A stretch of DNA of 42,768 bases. Source: Bdellovibrionota bacterium. Its GTDB lineage: Bacteria; Bdellovibrionota; UBA1018; UBA923. Within the stretch, counting starts at the first letter, position 1; every line of letters begins with the position of its first letter. Below, piece after piece: positions 1 through 11,482 of this stretch. Under the pieces are notes generated by a model. That model did no database searches and was not told where the DNA came from. It was given only the letters and a program-made list of their open reading frames with translations. Location of the stretch: positions 1 to 42,768 of the forward strand of contig JBFMCE010000023.1 in assembly GCA_040754655.1 (NCBI GenBank), given 5' to 3'. A program made the translations under genes and the position numbers.

Positions 1-272
1 CGCGACGTCCACAGACAAACTTCGCACGAACCCCATTAGAGTTTAGTTTCGCTTCATGCCCTCCAATGACCAGCAGTTCAGCTATCCGGCATAATGACGG
101 CCACTCCACAAACACCGGCGATTCGCGGGTAACCGTGATGGACTTAGCTTATTAGGCAGCCATCAATTGCATATTGTCGTTTGCAAGTACGATTTGAGGT
201 TTTTATACGAGGCCGCCTCACCTCGGCATGCACGTCCAGATTCCAAATCTCCGTCGAAACCGTGACGGGCCC
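1..272 (-). ncRNA. ssrA: tmRNA; 3' end lies outside the window
   Basis: Minus strand begins GGGCCCG-TCACGGTTTCGAC (tRNA-like 5' end with G3). Then GCATGCCGAGG, a perfect pseudoknot 1 (CGAGG/CCTCG and TGAGG/CCTCA), and resume codon GCA at 184 opening tag ANDNMQLMAA with tandem TAA TAA (154-149). Confidence 0.95.
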
Positions 273-337
273 TGGCGCCACCTTAGCAAACTCAAAAAAA
301 AAATGCATGGGTATTGCCAAAGTCGGTTGCCTTAAAG

Positions 338-1186
338 CTATTCGCGCGGGGAACCACTCATCCGGCTCCACTCATCACGATAGTTTCCAAGCAGGCCGCA
401 GTTTGAGAGCCTGGCGACGGGAACGCTGATACCGGAAGGCAACGCGATGGCTCGCGCTGGCAATCCGTGTCGTCCTCTTGGGCGTATGGGCGCCACCGCC
501 CTCCATGCAAAAGCAGTGGCCGGAGCAAAGAAGTCATCGTTATCATCGTCGCTGGGAGCGGGAGTCGGAACCGCTGGCGTTGGAGTTGTGCCTCCCCCCG
601 GCGCGGGACTTGGATCTGGTGGCGGGGGCGCCACGAAAATACAGCGATAAAGACTGGCGCTGAAATAGAGGGTGTATTTCACCTCAGGGTCTTCGTGCAG
701 AGCCCACTTGAGATATTCCCCGTCTGAAGTTTGAAAGTTGAACTCTCGTTTTTCAGCATCAAAGTTTCCGTTAAAAATGCGCTCTTTTGGGATCCATGCA
801 TGAGTACGTGTTTCGTCATCGCGCAAAGTCGCCGTAAACTGACCGTCTGAGTGTTCTTCTACTGTGAATTCTAGCCCGGTGTCGGGATACTCTGAAGCGA
901 GCAAGAGCCTTCCTGAAAGCACGTTATCTGCCTTGGGAAACAGGCGCATGCTCGGAGGATTCGCCGTGTCAGGGTCTGGAATCTCTTTCACCCAGCGTCC
1001 CTGAAGTCTTCCTAGAGTTTCAGAAATGACGGCGTTGACATTTCCGACATCCACCGTGTTGCTTCCGGTGAAGCCTTCTTCTTGGGGCTTCTTGGGTTTT
1101 CCACAACCCGTGGCGAAGGTGACGGTAAAAGATAAAATCAGTGCAAATTGAAAAATACTTTTCAAAGACAGATTGCAAAGGCGCAT
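338..1186 (-). CDS. hypothetical lipoprotein with Pro/Thr-rich and acidic linker
   Basis: Start moved from 1261 to ATG 1186 (AGGGAG SD upstream). Signal peptide with lipobox FATG-C; PPPPDPSPAPGGGTTPTPAVPTPAPSDDDNDD linker. Confidence 0.75.
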   Translation of the reverse strand: MRLCNLSLKSIFQFALILSFTVTFATGCGKPKKPQEEGFTGSNTVDVGNVNAVISETLGRLQGRWVKEIPDPDTANPPSMRLFPKADNVLSGRLLLASEYPDTGLEFTVEEHSDGQFTATLRDDETRTHAWIPKERIFNGNFDAEKREFNFQTSDGEYLKWALHEDPEVKYTLYFSASLYRCIFVAPPPPDPSPAPGGGTTPTPAVPTPAPSDDDNDDFFAPATAFAWRAVAPIRPRGRHGLPARAIALPSGISVPVARLSNCGLLGNYRDEWSRMSGSPRE

Positions 1187-1249
1187 GCTTCTCCCTCTCT
1201 CTTTAGAGAGCTTCAGGCTCAAAGCCCCACTGCTCCTGGCGGCCAACAA

Positions 1250-1265
1250 TGCAAGGTCCAAGCCT
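1250..1265 (-). promoter_or_regulatory. putative sigma54 (-24/-12) promoter for the lipoprotein gene
   Basis: AGGCTTGGACCTTGCA has GG-N10-GC spacing with TTGCA, about 64 bp upstream of ATG 1186. Confidence 0.5.
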
Positions 1266-1327
1266 AGGAATGGGTTTGATTTGTTAAAAGATCAATATTC
1301 TCAGAGAGATGGCACAGGTGATAATTG

Positions 1328-1356
1328 TTGACATTATTAGTATGAAATGTTTTAAT
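1328..1356 (+). promoter_or_regulatory. putative sigma70 promoter
   Basis: TTGACA-17 bp-TTTAAT with a TG extended -10 in an AT-rich spacer; GAGGTG SD before ATG 1387. Confidence 0.6.
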
Positions 1357-1386
1357 GCGCAGCAATAACTTTTTTGAGGTGTTGTT

Positions 1387-1938
1387 ATGCGAATAATTTC
1401 AATGACTCTGATTGCGTTTGCGCTGATGAACGGCTTTGTAGAAAGCTCCGAAGCAGCAGCGCCTGTCACCATAATCGTGGAAGCCAAGGTAGGGGATTGG
1501 CAGCGAACCAACATTATTCTCACCAATGGCCAAGAGGCGGTCATCACCGTTCCACACCTTGAAAACGATGAGCCACAACGTTGGGGAATCACTGACCCTA
1601 AAAATAGAAAACCCTGGAATACTTATTGGGGGAATGGCGTTCGCGCAAGCAAACATTACAAGAAACGTGGTGCTTACGAAGGCGCCTTATTGGTTTCGCT
1701 TGTAGGCCAAGAGAAGGATGCCGTTGCTTTTGAGGAGCGCAATCAAAAGATCACCATCAAAGGCCCCGGTGAAATTCAGTTCATGGCGAATGACGATATT
1801 CATCCACGAAAAATTTTCGTTTGGGAGAAGATGGGTTACGACTATCACAACGGCTTTTCAGACAATGAAGGCTCATTAAACGTCGTGGTGCTCAAGACAA
1901 ATACTTCAACGCTGACCCAGCCCCAGCAATTGCCGTAA
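1387..1938 (+). CDS. secreted protein, LecA/PA-IL-like lectin fold
   Basis: Signal peptide (SEA-AA). Motifs GALLVSLVG, GPGEIQFMANDD and DNEGSLNVVV resemble the PA-IL-like pattern. Confidence 0.6.
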   Translation: MRIISMTLIAFALMNGFVESSEAAAPVTIIVEAKVGDWQRTNIILTNGQEAVITVPHLENDEPQRWGITDPKNRKPWNTYWGNGVRASKHYKKRGAYEGALLVSLVGQEKDAVAFEERNQKITIKGPGEIQFMANDDIHPRKIFVWEKMGYDYHNGFSDNEGSLNVVVLKTNTSTLTQPQQLP

Positions 1939-2030
1939 CTTGGGTAAACGAGATCCTCGGCTGATCGGCCAGCAGGGCATTGTAGGCTAAGTTTTAGTTA
2001 TGCTTTTGGGCACTGACGAACGATTGTGCT

Positions 2031-3119
2031 TTAGCCGCGCTTGCGGGCGCGAATAGCGGTGCCGCTTCCAAAGAGGCGGTACCCGCGTCTGATCTTGCCG
2101 CTCTCGTCTCTGAAAGACTCAATCGGGCGCAGGCTGACATCAACTCCAATGACTCCGTTGGCGGCGAGTTTAAACGCATTTGAAATGAGTTCTTTGGTGA
2201 CAAGCTCGGTGGCTTTCTCAAGTTCCGGGCTGTTTTGTTTTTCCACGACCTCAGCCGCTACGATGCGAGAGGCGGTGACCAGCGACAGAATTCGTGTGAT
2301 CTGAAAGCCCTCGACCTCGTGCAAGTTCGTTGAAAACACATCAGCCTCGCTTTGGGGCGCATTTTCCAGCTCGTGCACTTCTTCACGGTGCTGGTTCAAA
2401 TGAGCGCTATCGAGTAGCGAGGTTCCAAGATCGGCGGAAGGTTCATCTGCTGAACTCTCAAAAATCTCTGGAGCAAGATCGAGCTCGATATTCTCGACGC
2501 AATCACGCAATTTATTGGCGATAAGAATGGCCGCGTATTCTGAGATGCGCGGCACGAAGAGGCGCCCTATGCTGAGTTGCACTTTGACATCGTCGAAACG
2601 CACGCCGAGATCTTCTTCTTCAAGTGCAGCCTCAATGGTTTTGATCGCTGCTTCGCTAAAGCGACCCGTAGGACTGATGACCTTGAGCGAGAACGCCGGT
2701 GAGGCCTCGACGCCAGGAGCGCCGATGGCGAGTTTGTCGCCGAATTTCTTCACCTCTGAAAGGTCGTTCTTAAACAAACTAGGAGTGCTCGTCGGTCTTA
2801 CGGCTTGTTCAAGATTCGCGGGAGGAGCGTCGATGGGAGGACTATCCATATGAGATTCGGTTTCGATGATCACGGGCTCTTGTTCCGTTAGCTGAGATTG
2901 GAGTATCCCTAGCTGTGTGCCGCGCAGGAAGGTTTCCTGCGGCTCATCTTCTCGTAACGGAACAGAATCCAGGCTCGCGAACTCATCTTCAGTCACTATT
3001 ACGGGAATCTCAGCGGCGATTTCAATTGCCTCAGCCGTCGAGGGTGCGGGCGTCTCCACGCCTTGTGAGGAGGGTACTTGGGTGAGCGAGGTGAGATCTC
3101 GTTTCTGATCGTCAGACAT
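2031..3119 (-). CDS. protein with acidic disordered N-terminus and C-terminal YbjQ/UPF0145-like domain
   Basis: C-terminal STNLHEVEGFQITRILSLVT...AFKLAANGVIGVDV...GSGTAIR matches the YbjQ pattern; directly downstream of secA. Confidence 0.65.
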   Translation of the reverse strand: MSDDQKRDLTSLTQVPSSQGVETPAPSTAEAIEIAAEIPVIVTEDEFASLDSVPLREDEPQETFLRGTQLGILQSQLTEQEPVIIETESHMDSPPIDAPPANLEQAVRPTSTPSLFKNDLSEVKKFGDKLAIGAPGVEASPAFSLKVISPTGRFSEAAIKTIEAALEEEDLGVRFDDVKVQLSIGRLFVPRISEYAAILIANKLRDCVENIELDLAPEIFESSADEPSADLGTSLLDSAHLNQHREEVHELENAPQSEADVFSTNLHEVEGFQITRILSLVTASRIVAAEVVEKQNSPELEKATELVTKELISNAFKLAANGVIGVDVSLRPIESFRDESGKIRRGYRLFGSGTAIRARKRG

Positions 3120-3157
3120 GCTGACTTCAAGTTTACCACACGCTTAAAGGTGCCTCA

Positions 3158-5803
<2,646 letters not shown>

Positions 5804-5891
5804 AAATTTTTCTGTGTAACTTTTGGAACGTAGCATACCGGTTTCAGGGGAGCAATAGCGTCTGGGGTTATCTTTGAGGGAAGCGCCTTCT

Positions 5892-7922
5892 TTACAGTTT
5901 GGTTTTAGAGAGCAATTTCTCGCAGGTCAGCCATTGGGCGAAAAACGCTTTAAACCTAGGATCCGCGCGGCCCGCCCTCATGTGCGAGCGGATTTCCGTC
6001 TGTCTTTCTCGCTGCTTCGCAGGAGTACGTTCAAATACCTCTAGCGATTGCTTCATAATAGCTTCAGGTTTGAGGTCTCGTGGAAAGGAAACTCGAATCG
6101 CTGCTTGTTCAGGGTTTCTTGCGATTTTGGTTTGTCCGAAAGCCTGGGTTTGAATCGAGCCCTCATGAAGGGCCTGGGAGTCTAAGATCTTCGTGGCACT
6201 TTTGAGCTGCGATAAAGCTTGGGTTAGCTTGCGAAGCTCTTCGGTGGTTTCGGCGTTGAAATATTCGACGAGGTAATCGCGCTCAACCAAAACAACATAA
6301 CCTTCAAAACTCTTTGAACCTAAATACTGTTGTGCGCTGCTGAGATAGTCTCGGATCGCTTCAGTATAGCTAGAGTCATTCACGGAAAGATCATGGCTTC
6401 TTAAAGTCAGTGAAAAGTAACCCTGTCCTTTCTGCCAGTCGTTTTTAGGACTCGAAAGATCATAGGCTTTGGTGATTTCTACGGATCCCGAATAGCCCTG
6501 AGGTTCAGCGCTATGAGAGTTTAGAGGATCGCCTGATTTGATGAAGAAGATCTCGCCATGCAGAGGGCCATATTCTTTGCCCAGCTCTGCTTCTCTAGCG
6601 GCGCGATAGCTTTCGCGGTCTTGATAGCTCACAAGGGCAAGCTCATCTGGAACGACAAAGCTTCGACCATTGCGTTCGATGGCGCTTCCGCCATTCTGGA
6701 CGAGCACCGGTTGATATCCGATCAGGCCCCGGTGCGCGCCTGCAACGATGGTGGCATCAATAAACGCCTGATCAATGGCACGGTCAAAAACCTCCTGGGT
6801 AATCTCAGGTCTTTTCCACCCGATCCAAAATCGATGGTAGGGCATTGTGGCGGCAGGGCGGTCAGATTCGTAGGCGACCTGTTGCGAGAGGTGCTGAGAA
6901 AGCGCTGTGGCAAGTTCCGGGTCGGTGAGTTTCACGTAGAGCTGCGGGTGGGTTTTGATGTCGGTGCTGTTCCAATTTCCCGTTCCCAGCACGATAGTAT
7001 TGGAATCTGCGACGATATACTTTGAGTGAGAAAAGAAAGCATCGCGGTCGAAGTAAAGAGAAGAAAGCCCTGCCGCATTGAGCCGAGCCACGGTTTCTTT
7101 ATTTCGTTTCACAAGTTCAAGAGCGAAGGTCTTATGGTGGTTGACGTAGCCTCTGATCTGAACGCCTCTTTTGTGCGCTTCGATGAGAGCTTGCTCGATA
7201 TCAGCTTCGTTGAAGTAGTAGATAGAGAAGTCTAGCGTCTTTTGCGCTGAGTGGATCGTCTCGAGGAGAAGTTTCTTGTAAGCCTGGTCTGTATAAACTT
7301 GGAGTCCTTCTGGAGTGGGCGAGTCAGGGAAAACCTGCGGTGTCCGGGGGGTTTTGTTCCACAGCAGTTCGAAGTAGTTTTTGATCCCGCCCGCGATCTC
7401 GAGGCTGTTTTTCACCACGATATTGGTTTCATTGTTCCGCTCAAGCGACTGATTGGTCAGATTTGTTGATCCGACGAAAACAGAGGAGCCGTCTACGATG
7501 ATCGCTTTGGCATGAGTCGATCCAAAACGAACTTCAATTCCATTGGCTCGAAGATATGCGGCGGTGATCTCATTTCTCGGGGCTGTATCCCGCGTGCCTT
7601 CGATATAAAGGCGAATCTTAAAGTGGGCTCCGCGCTTTTTCTTAAGATCAATGAGTTTTTGAACGATTTTCCCCGTCGACAATCTCGTGTCGATGGTTCC
7701 TTTTCCGTTGTCGATGACAAACGAAAACTGAAGAAGCTCAACACTGGTCTTCGCCTCGTCAAGCAGGTTCAAGATCGCAGGTAGCGCATTTTGGTCGGGA
7801 ACAATTTGTACTTCAGTGGTCTTGGCAAGCGCAATCGAGCAAAAGAAAAAAGCAAAACTAAAGAATGGAAGAATAGGTTTAAAAGAGCGAACAGAAAAAC
7901 GAGGATAGTTTAAACTACTCAT
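5892..7922 (-). CDS. secreted phospholipase D-superfamily protein (two HKD motifs) with extra C-terminal domain(s)
   Basis: Signal peptide (ALA-K); HAKAIIVD...GSTN and HSKYIVAD...GTGN; about 320-aa C-terminal extension. Confidence 0.9.
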   Translation of the reverse strand: MSSLNYPRFSVRSFKPILPFFSFAFFFCSIALAKTTEVQIVPDQNALPAILNLLDEAKTSVELLQFSFVIDNGKGTIDTRLSTGKIVQKLIDLKKKRGAHFKIRLYIEGTRDTAPRNEITAAYLRANGIEVRFGSTHAKAIIVDGSSVFVGSTNLTNQSLERNNETNIVVKNSLEIAGGIKNYFELLWNKTPRTPQVFPDSPTPEGLQVYTDQAYKKLLLETIHSAQKTLDFSIYYFNEADIEQALIEAHKRGVQIRGYVNHHKTFALELVKRNKETVARLNAAGLSSLYFDRDAFFSHSKYIVADSNTIVLGTGNWNSTDIKTHPQLYVKLTDPELATALSQHLSQQVAYESDRPAATMPYHRFWIGWKRPEITQEVFDRAIDQAFIDATIVAGAHRGLIGYQPVLVQNGGSAIERNGRSFVVPDELALVSYQDRESYRAAREAELGKEYGPLHGEIFFIKSGDPLNSHSAEPQGYSGSVEITKAYDLSSPKNDWQKGQGYFSLTLRSHDLSVNDSSYTEAIRDYLSSAQQYLGSKSFEGYVVLVERDYLVEYFNAETTEELRKLTQALSQLKSATKILDSQALHEGSIQTQAFGQTKIARNPEQAAIRVSFPRDLKPEAIMKQSLEVFERTPAKQRERQTEIRSHMRAGRADPRFKAFFAQWLTCEKLLSKTKL

Positions 7923-8021
7923 GAATGCGACCTACTTTGTATTTTTGAAGCGTTTGGGCTTGCTATCATAAGTTGATTTAAATGATCAATGAACTTTGGT
8001 TTTATTGTGGAGATCGAGGAA

Positions 8022-8858
8022 ATGCAGAATTCTGTGGTCAAACCAACACTCGTTTTTTTGCCCGGAATGCTTTGTGATGAGAGGGTTTGGGCGCCCCAGA
8101 TCGAGGTTCTTCGTGCGAATTATGAAATCATTTTTGTGGATTTAAAGCCCTATGATTCGATCGAAGGGATGGTTGAGGCAGTGAACATCGCGGTCAGTGG
8201 GGAGCGTGATGGGGATAGACCTCGACGGCGCACCAGATCTGGCGCAGGAGTAAGGAGTGGCAGGGGAACCAACTCCGGCGCCGGCAGGGCGGACAGTGTT
8301 TCTAAAGTAGGGGCTGCAACTGCGACGAAGTTCATTTTGGCGGGGTTTTCAATGGGAGGGTATATCGCCCAAGAATATGCACTTAGGTTTCGAGAAAACT
8401 TGAGCCGCCTTATTCTCGTGGGCGTCTCGGGCAGGGGGTTCACCGAAGAAGAGCGCGAGAAACACCGCTGGGGAAAAAGGCTCGCGGAACAATCGCGTTT
8501 TGCCGGGATTCCGGATCAAAGGTTGAAAGAGTATCTTCATCCTCAGTCTTACGAAGACGTCGCTTTGAGGGAGTTGATCAAAGACATGGCAAAAACTGAT
8601 GCTTCACAGGTTTATCTGCGGCAGCTCAAAGCCACTCAAGAGCGTCGCGATCTTAGAGCAGAGTTGGTTCAGGTGAGTTGCCCCGTTCTTGTGATCGGAG
8701 GGGCCGAGGATCAGATCGCTCCAATTGAGTGGATGGAAGAGCTGGCGGGGCGTTTTGAGGATTCGCGGTTTGTGAAGATTGAAGAGTCAGGGCATTTTGT
8801 GAGCTTGGAGAAGTCAGCTAAGGTGAGTGAGGCGATCTGGGCGTTCTTACGTGAGTAA
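8022..8858 (+). CDS. alpha/beta fold hydrolase
   Basis: LVFLPG oxyanion motif, GFSMGG nucleophile elbow, GAED acid, SGH His; GAGGA SD just before ATG 8022. Confidence 0.9.
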   Translation: MQNSVVKPTLVFLPGMLCDERVWAPQIEVLRANYEIIFVDLKPYDSIEGMVEAVNIAVSGERDGDRPRRRTRSGAGVRSGRGTNSGAGRADSVSKVGAATATKFILAGFSMGGYIAQEYALRFRENLSRLILVGVSGRGFTEEEREKHRWGKRLAEQSRFAGIPDQRLKEYLHPQSYEDVALRELIKDMAKTDASQVYLRQLKATQERRDLRAELVQVSCPVLVIGGAEDQIAPIEWMEELAGRFEDSRFVKIEESGHFVSLEKSAKVSEAIWAFLRE

Positions 8859-8963
8859 GTAGTAAGATGTTCTAGGTGTTTTTATGCGACAAGGGCGATC
8901 CAAACGTGTTTGGTTAGAGGCAAGAGAAACTTCTTTTTTAGATGGCCGTGAGGAGTGGATGCG

Positions 8964-9335
8964 ATGGAATTTCTGGTCGTGGGGCTTGGCGGTTTTTTGG
9001 GAGCGATGGCTCGTTATTTTGTCTATCTAGCCGAGAGATCGATAGGTGCTCACTCGTTTCCGTTTGGGACACTCTTCATCAATCTCTTGGGTTGTTTGTT
9101 AGCTGGGTTGTTGTTGGCCGTGGTTGAGCGCTCAGTCCCGGTACACCGTCATCTGGTGCTTTTGGGCTCAATGGGGCTTATTGGTTCGTTCACCACTTTT
9201 TCGACTTTTAGTGTGGAGTCATTTCAACTTATTCGCGCAAACCAGCTCGTGCTTGCGATGATCAACGTCGGAGCTAACATGGTTCTTGGCATTGGAGCGG
9301 TATGGGTTGGACGGGCGATACTCTTGAAGTTGTAG
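8964..9335 (+). CDS. crcB: fluoride efflux channel CrcB/FluC
   Basis: GGFLGAMARY, FPFGTLFINLLG and GSFTTFSTF; AGGAG SD 8 nt before ATG 8964. Confidence 0.95.
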   Translation: MEFLVVGLGGFLGAMARYFVYLAERSIGAHSFPFGTLFINLLGCLLAGLLLAVVERSVPVHRHLVLLGSMGLIGSFTTFSTFSVESFQLIRANQLVLAMINVGANMVLGIGAVWVGRAILLKL

Positions 9336-9342
9336 AAAAAAA

Positions 9343-9396
9343 CCGTTAACCGGTACCGAATCCGAGGTCCGTGAACCGTCAACCGCAATCCGTTTT
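9343..9396. repeat. degenerate 6-7 bp CCGnnnn tandem repeat (8 units)
   Basis: CCG at 9343, 9350, 9356, 9362, 9369, 9376, 9383 and 9390, filling the crcB/M23 convergent spacer. Confidence 0.7.
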
Positions 9397-9397
9397 T

Positions 9398-10594
9398 TTA
9401 CCGCTGCCTGCAGAGTGCTGGATGGTCCAAGATATACCAACATGGATCAACGGGAAGCCCATTGGCATGAACTTCATAGTGGCAGTGAGGGCCGGTGGAG
9501 TGGCCAGTATTCCCGACCGCGGCAATGCGTTGGCCGCGTTTGACGCGGTCTCCGCTGTTCACCATCGATTTCGAGTTGTGGGCGTAACGGGTTTCGATGC
9601 CGTTGCCGTGGTCAAGGATCACAATTTTGCCGTAACCAGGTTTCACCCCCGCAAAGGTGACGACGCCGTCGGCAGGGGCGATGATGTCGGCGCCATAACG
9701 GTTCGCAATATCAATTCCCTCGTGCATTTTGCGCCGACCGTCATAGGGCGAGATGCGAATCCCGTATTCGGAAGTGATGTACCCCAGGGTCGGGATACGC
9801 GTCGGGGTGCTGGCGAGAAGCGTCCTCTTTTCCCCCAGGCGCTCTAAAATGTCTTGGGTCTCCTGCTCCATCTCTAAAGCGAATTTATTGACCTCGTCAT
9901 ACGCAAGGTCAAGCTTTTCGAATTCCCGTTTCACGAACAAACTGTTGTCGGCGTCGCTCATGCTGAAGGTCTCTGCCGAGTCGTTCATGAGGGCCGCCAG
10001 CAGCGTGAGCCGTTTGTTGCGATTGGCTTCGTATTGCTCTGATTTGCTTTGAGGTCTGGCGCGCGCTTGCGCTTCTTCGGGGGCGACTTCCGCGCCCATC
10101 CCGACGGTAATGTCGGTCTCGATGTCAAACGAGCTTGTCTTGATGGGCTTTGGGGCGGCATCTCCGGGCGCTTCGACAGGAAGGGTTGGAGAACTAGGAG
10201 CCGTCGGATTCATGGGCGAGGGTTGCCCTGGCAAAGACCCTGGGTTTTGAGGCAATCCTTGACTGGGCGCCGAATTGTCTTCGATATTGGTGATGATCCT
10301 CAGTTTGGTGACGAAAGTCTTCACGCGATCAAGGGTGTTTTCGATGGTCACCATCTTGGTCTTGAAGATCTGAACCGATTGCCTGAGTTGGCGGTTTTCG
10401 ACTTTGAGTTGTTTGTTCTCGTTGATCTGGTTCATTACGTTTGCGTAATCGAGAACCATGATCATCGCTAGAACCGCAAGAAAGCCAGCGGCCAAGATGC
10501 CACCCTTGAAAACATAGCTGGGAATGACAAGCCGGGTGACGCGGTTGCTTTTTTCAGGAACCACCATGATTGTGAAAAACTTATTTGATGCCAT
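9398..10594 (-). CDS. M23/LytM-family peptidoglycan endopeptidase with N-terminal TM helix and coiled coil
   Basis: HEGID (HxxxD), YAH and GNTGHSTGPHCHYEV (HxH). Confidence 0.93.
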   Translation of the reverse strand: MASNKFFTIMVVPEKSNRVTRLVIPSYVFKGGILAAGFLAVLAMIMVLDYANVMNQINENKQLKVENRQLRQSVQIFKTKMVTIENTLDRVKTFVTKLRIITNIEDNSAPSQGLPQNPGSLPGQPSPMNPTAPSSPTLPVEAPGDAAPKPIKTSSFDIETDITVGMGAEVAPEEAQARARPQSKSEQYEANRNKRLTLLAALMNDSAETFSMSDADNSLFVKREFEKLDLAYDEVNKFALEMEQETQDILERLGEKRTLLASTPTRIPTLGYITSEYGIRISPYDGRRKMHEGIDIANRYGADIIAPADGVVTFAGVKPGYGKIVILDHGNGIETRYAHNSKSMVNSGDRVKRGQRIAAVGNTGHSTGPHCHYEVHANGLPVDPCWYILDHPALCRQR

Positions 10595-10598
10595 CTTT

Positions 10599-11369
10599 TT
10601 AGCTCACTTGTACGAGGACGGCCGTGACGTTGTCATCACCGCCAGCCCGATTCGCCGCTTCGATCAGTTTTTCAGCGGCCATCTCGATCGTGTTTCGTTT
10701 GAAAACGTATTCATCAACGATCTGAAGGATATCAGTATCTTCTAGCATTCCCGATAAACCATCGCTGCACAATAAAAAGGTATCACCAGGGTTGTGGTCG
10801 AGTTTGTAGACATCGACGTCGACCTCGCTCTCAAAACCCACTGAGCGCGTGATCACGTTCTTCATCCGGTCTGTTTTTAGCTGGGCGCGCGTGATCAGGC
10901 CTGCGCGCAGTTTTTCTTGCACTAACGAGTGGTCGCGCGTGATTTGCCAGATTCTTTGCGGATGTAAAAGATAACCTCTGCTGTCTCCGACATGGGCGAT
11001 GTAGAGTTCTGCGTCGGTGAAGTAGAGCGCCGTCGCAGTGGTTCCCATGCCCTGAAGCGCGGTCTCATCTTGTCCGCGAGCTTGGATCGCTTGATTGGCG
11101 GAAAGAATGGCCTTTTGGAGTTGAATGACCGGATCAATGACCAAACCCTTATGGCGCGTGGAGTGAAGGATTTCAGGTGAGGCATTCTCTTCCATGTACT
11201 TCCGAATGTTTTCGGTGGCCATCGCACTCGCAGTTTCACCGCCTTGGTGGCCCCCCATCCCGTCGGCCACAATAAAGAGCCTTAGATCAGAAGCGATGAG
11301 AAAACTGTCTTGATTTTGGGCGCGACGCATCCCGACATGGGTAAAGCCTGACGCATTCAAGCGCAGCAC
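10599..11369 (-). CDS. PP2C-type Ser/Thr phosphatase (Stp1/IreP family)
   Basis: NQD, VADGMGG, MGTT, HVGDSR, LLCSDGL and GGDDNVT motifs. Confidence 0.95.
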   Translation of the reverse strand: MLRLNASGFTHVGMRRAQNQDSFLIASDLRLFIVADGMGGHQGGETASAMATENIRKYMEENASPEILHSTRHKGLVIDPVIQLQKAILSANQAIQARGQDETALQGMGTTATALYFTDAELYIAHVGDSRGYLLHPQRIWQITRDHSLVQEKLRAGLITRAQLKTDRMKNVITRSVGFESEVDVDVYKLDHNPGDTFLLCSDGLSGMLEDTDILQIVDEYVFKRNTIEMAAEKLIEAANRAGGDDNVTAVLVQVS

Positions 11370-11482
11370 AGGTTCTCTCCGGTTTTTGCCATTCTTTGTT
11401 TTTTAAACACCCTTCTTTCCATTCTGGCTCGCGTGCCAGCACAGTTCAAGGTGGATTTCAGGTGCGCCGCAGAATACCGTTT

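Noticed and set aside
43..429. Short ORFs 144-371 (-) and 181-429 (+), and a GGAG-ATG minigene (MKRN) at 57
   Set aside because: They overlap the tmRNA, which explains the sequence.
8859..8963. Fluoride riboswitch upstream of crcB
   Set aside because: Only GGCGAT and a short CCAAAC/GTTTGG palindrome are present; the GATGG..TTCGCC...TAATGA pseudoknot pattern is absent.
11425..11440. TGGCACG on the minus strand upstream of the PP2C gene as a sigma54 site
   Set aside because: There is no TTGC at -12; it is just a 5-bp CTGGC/GCCAG hairpin.
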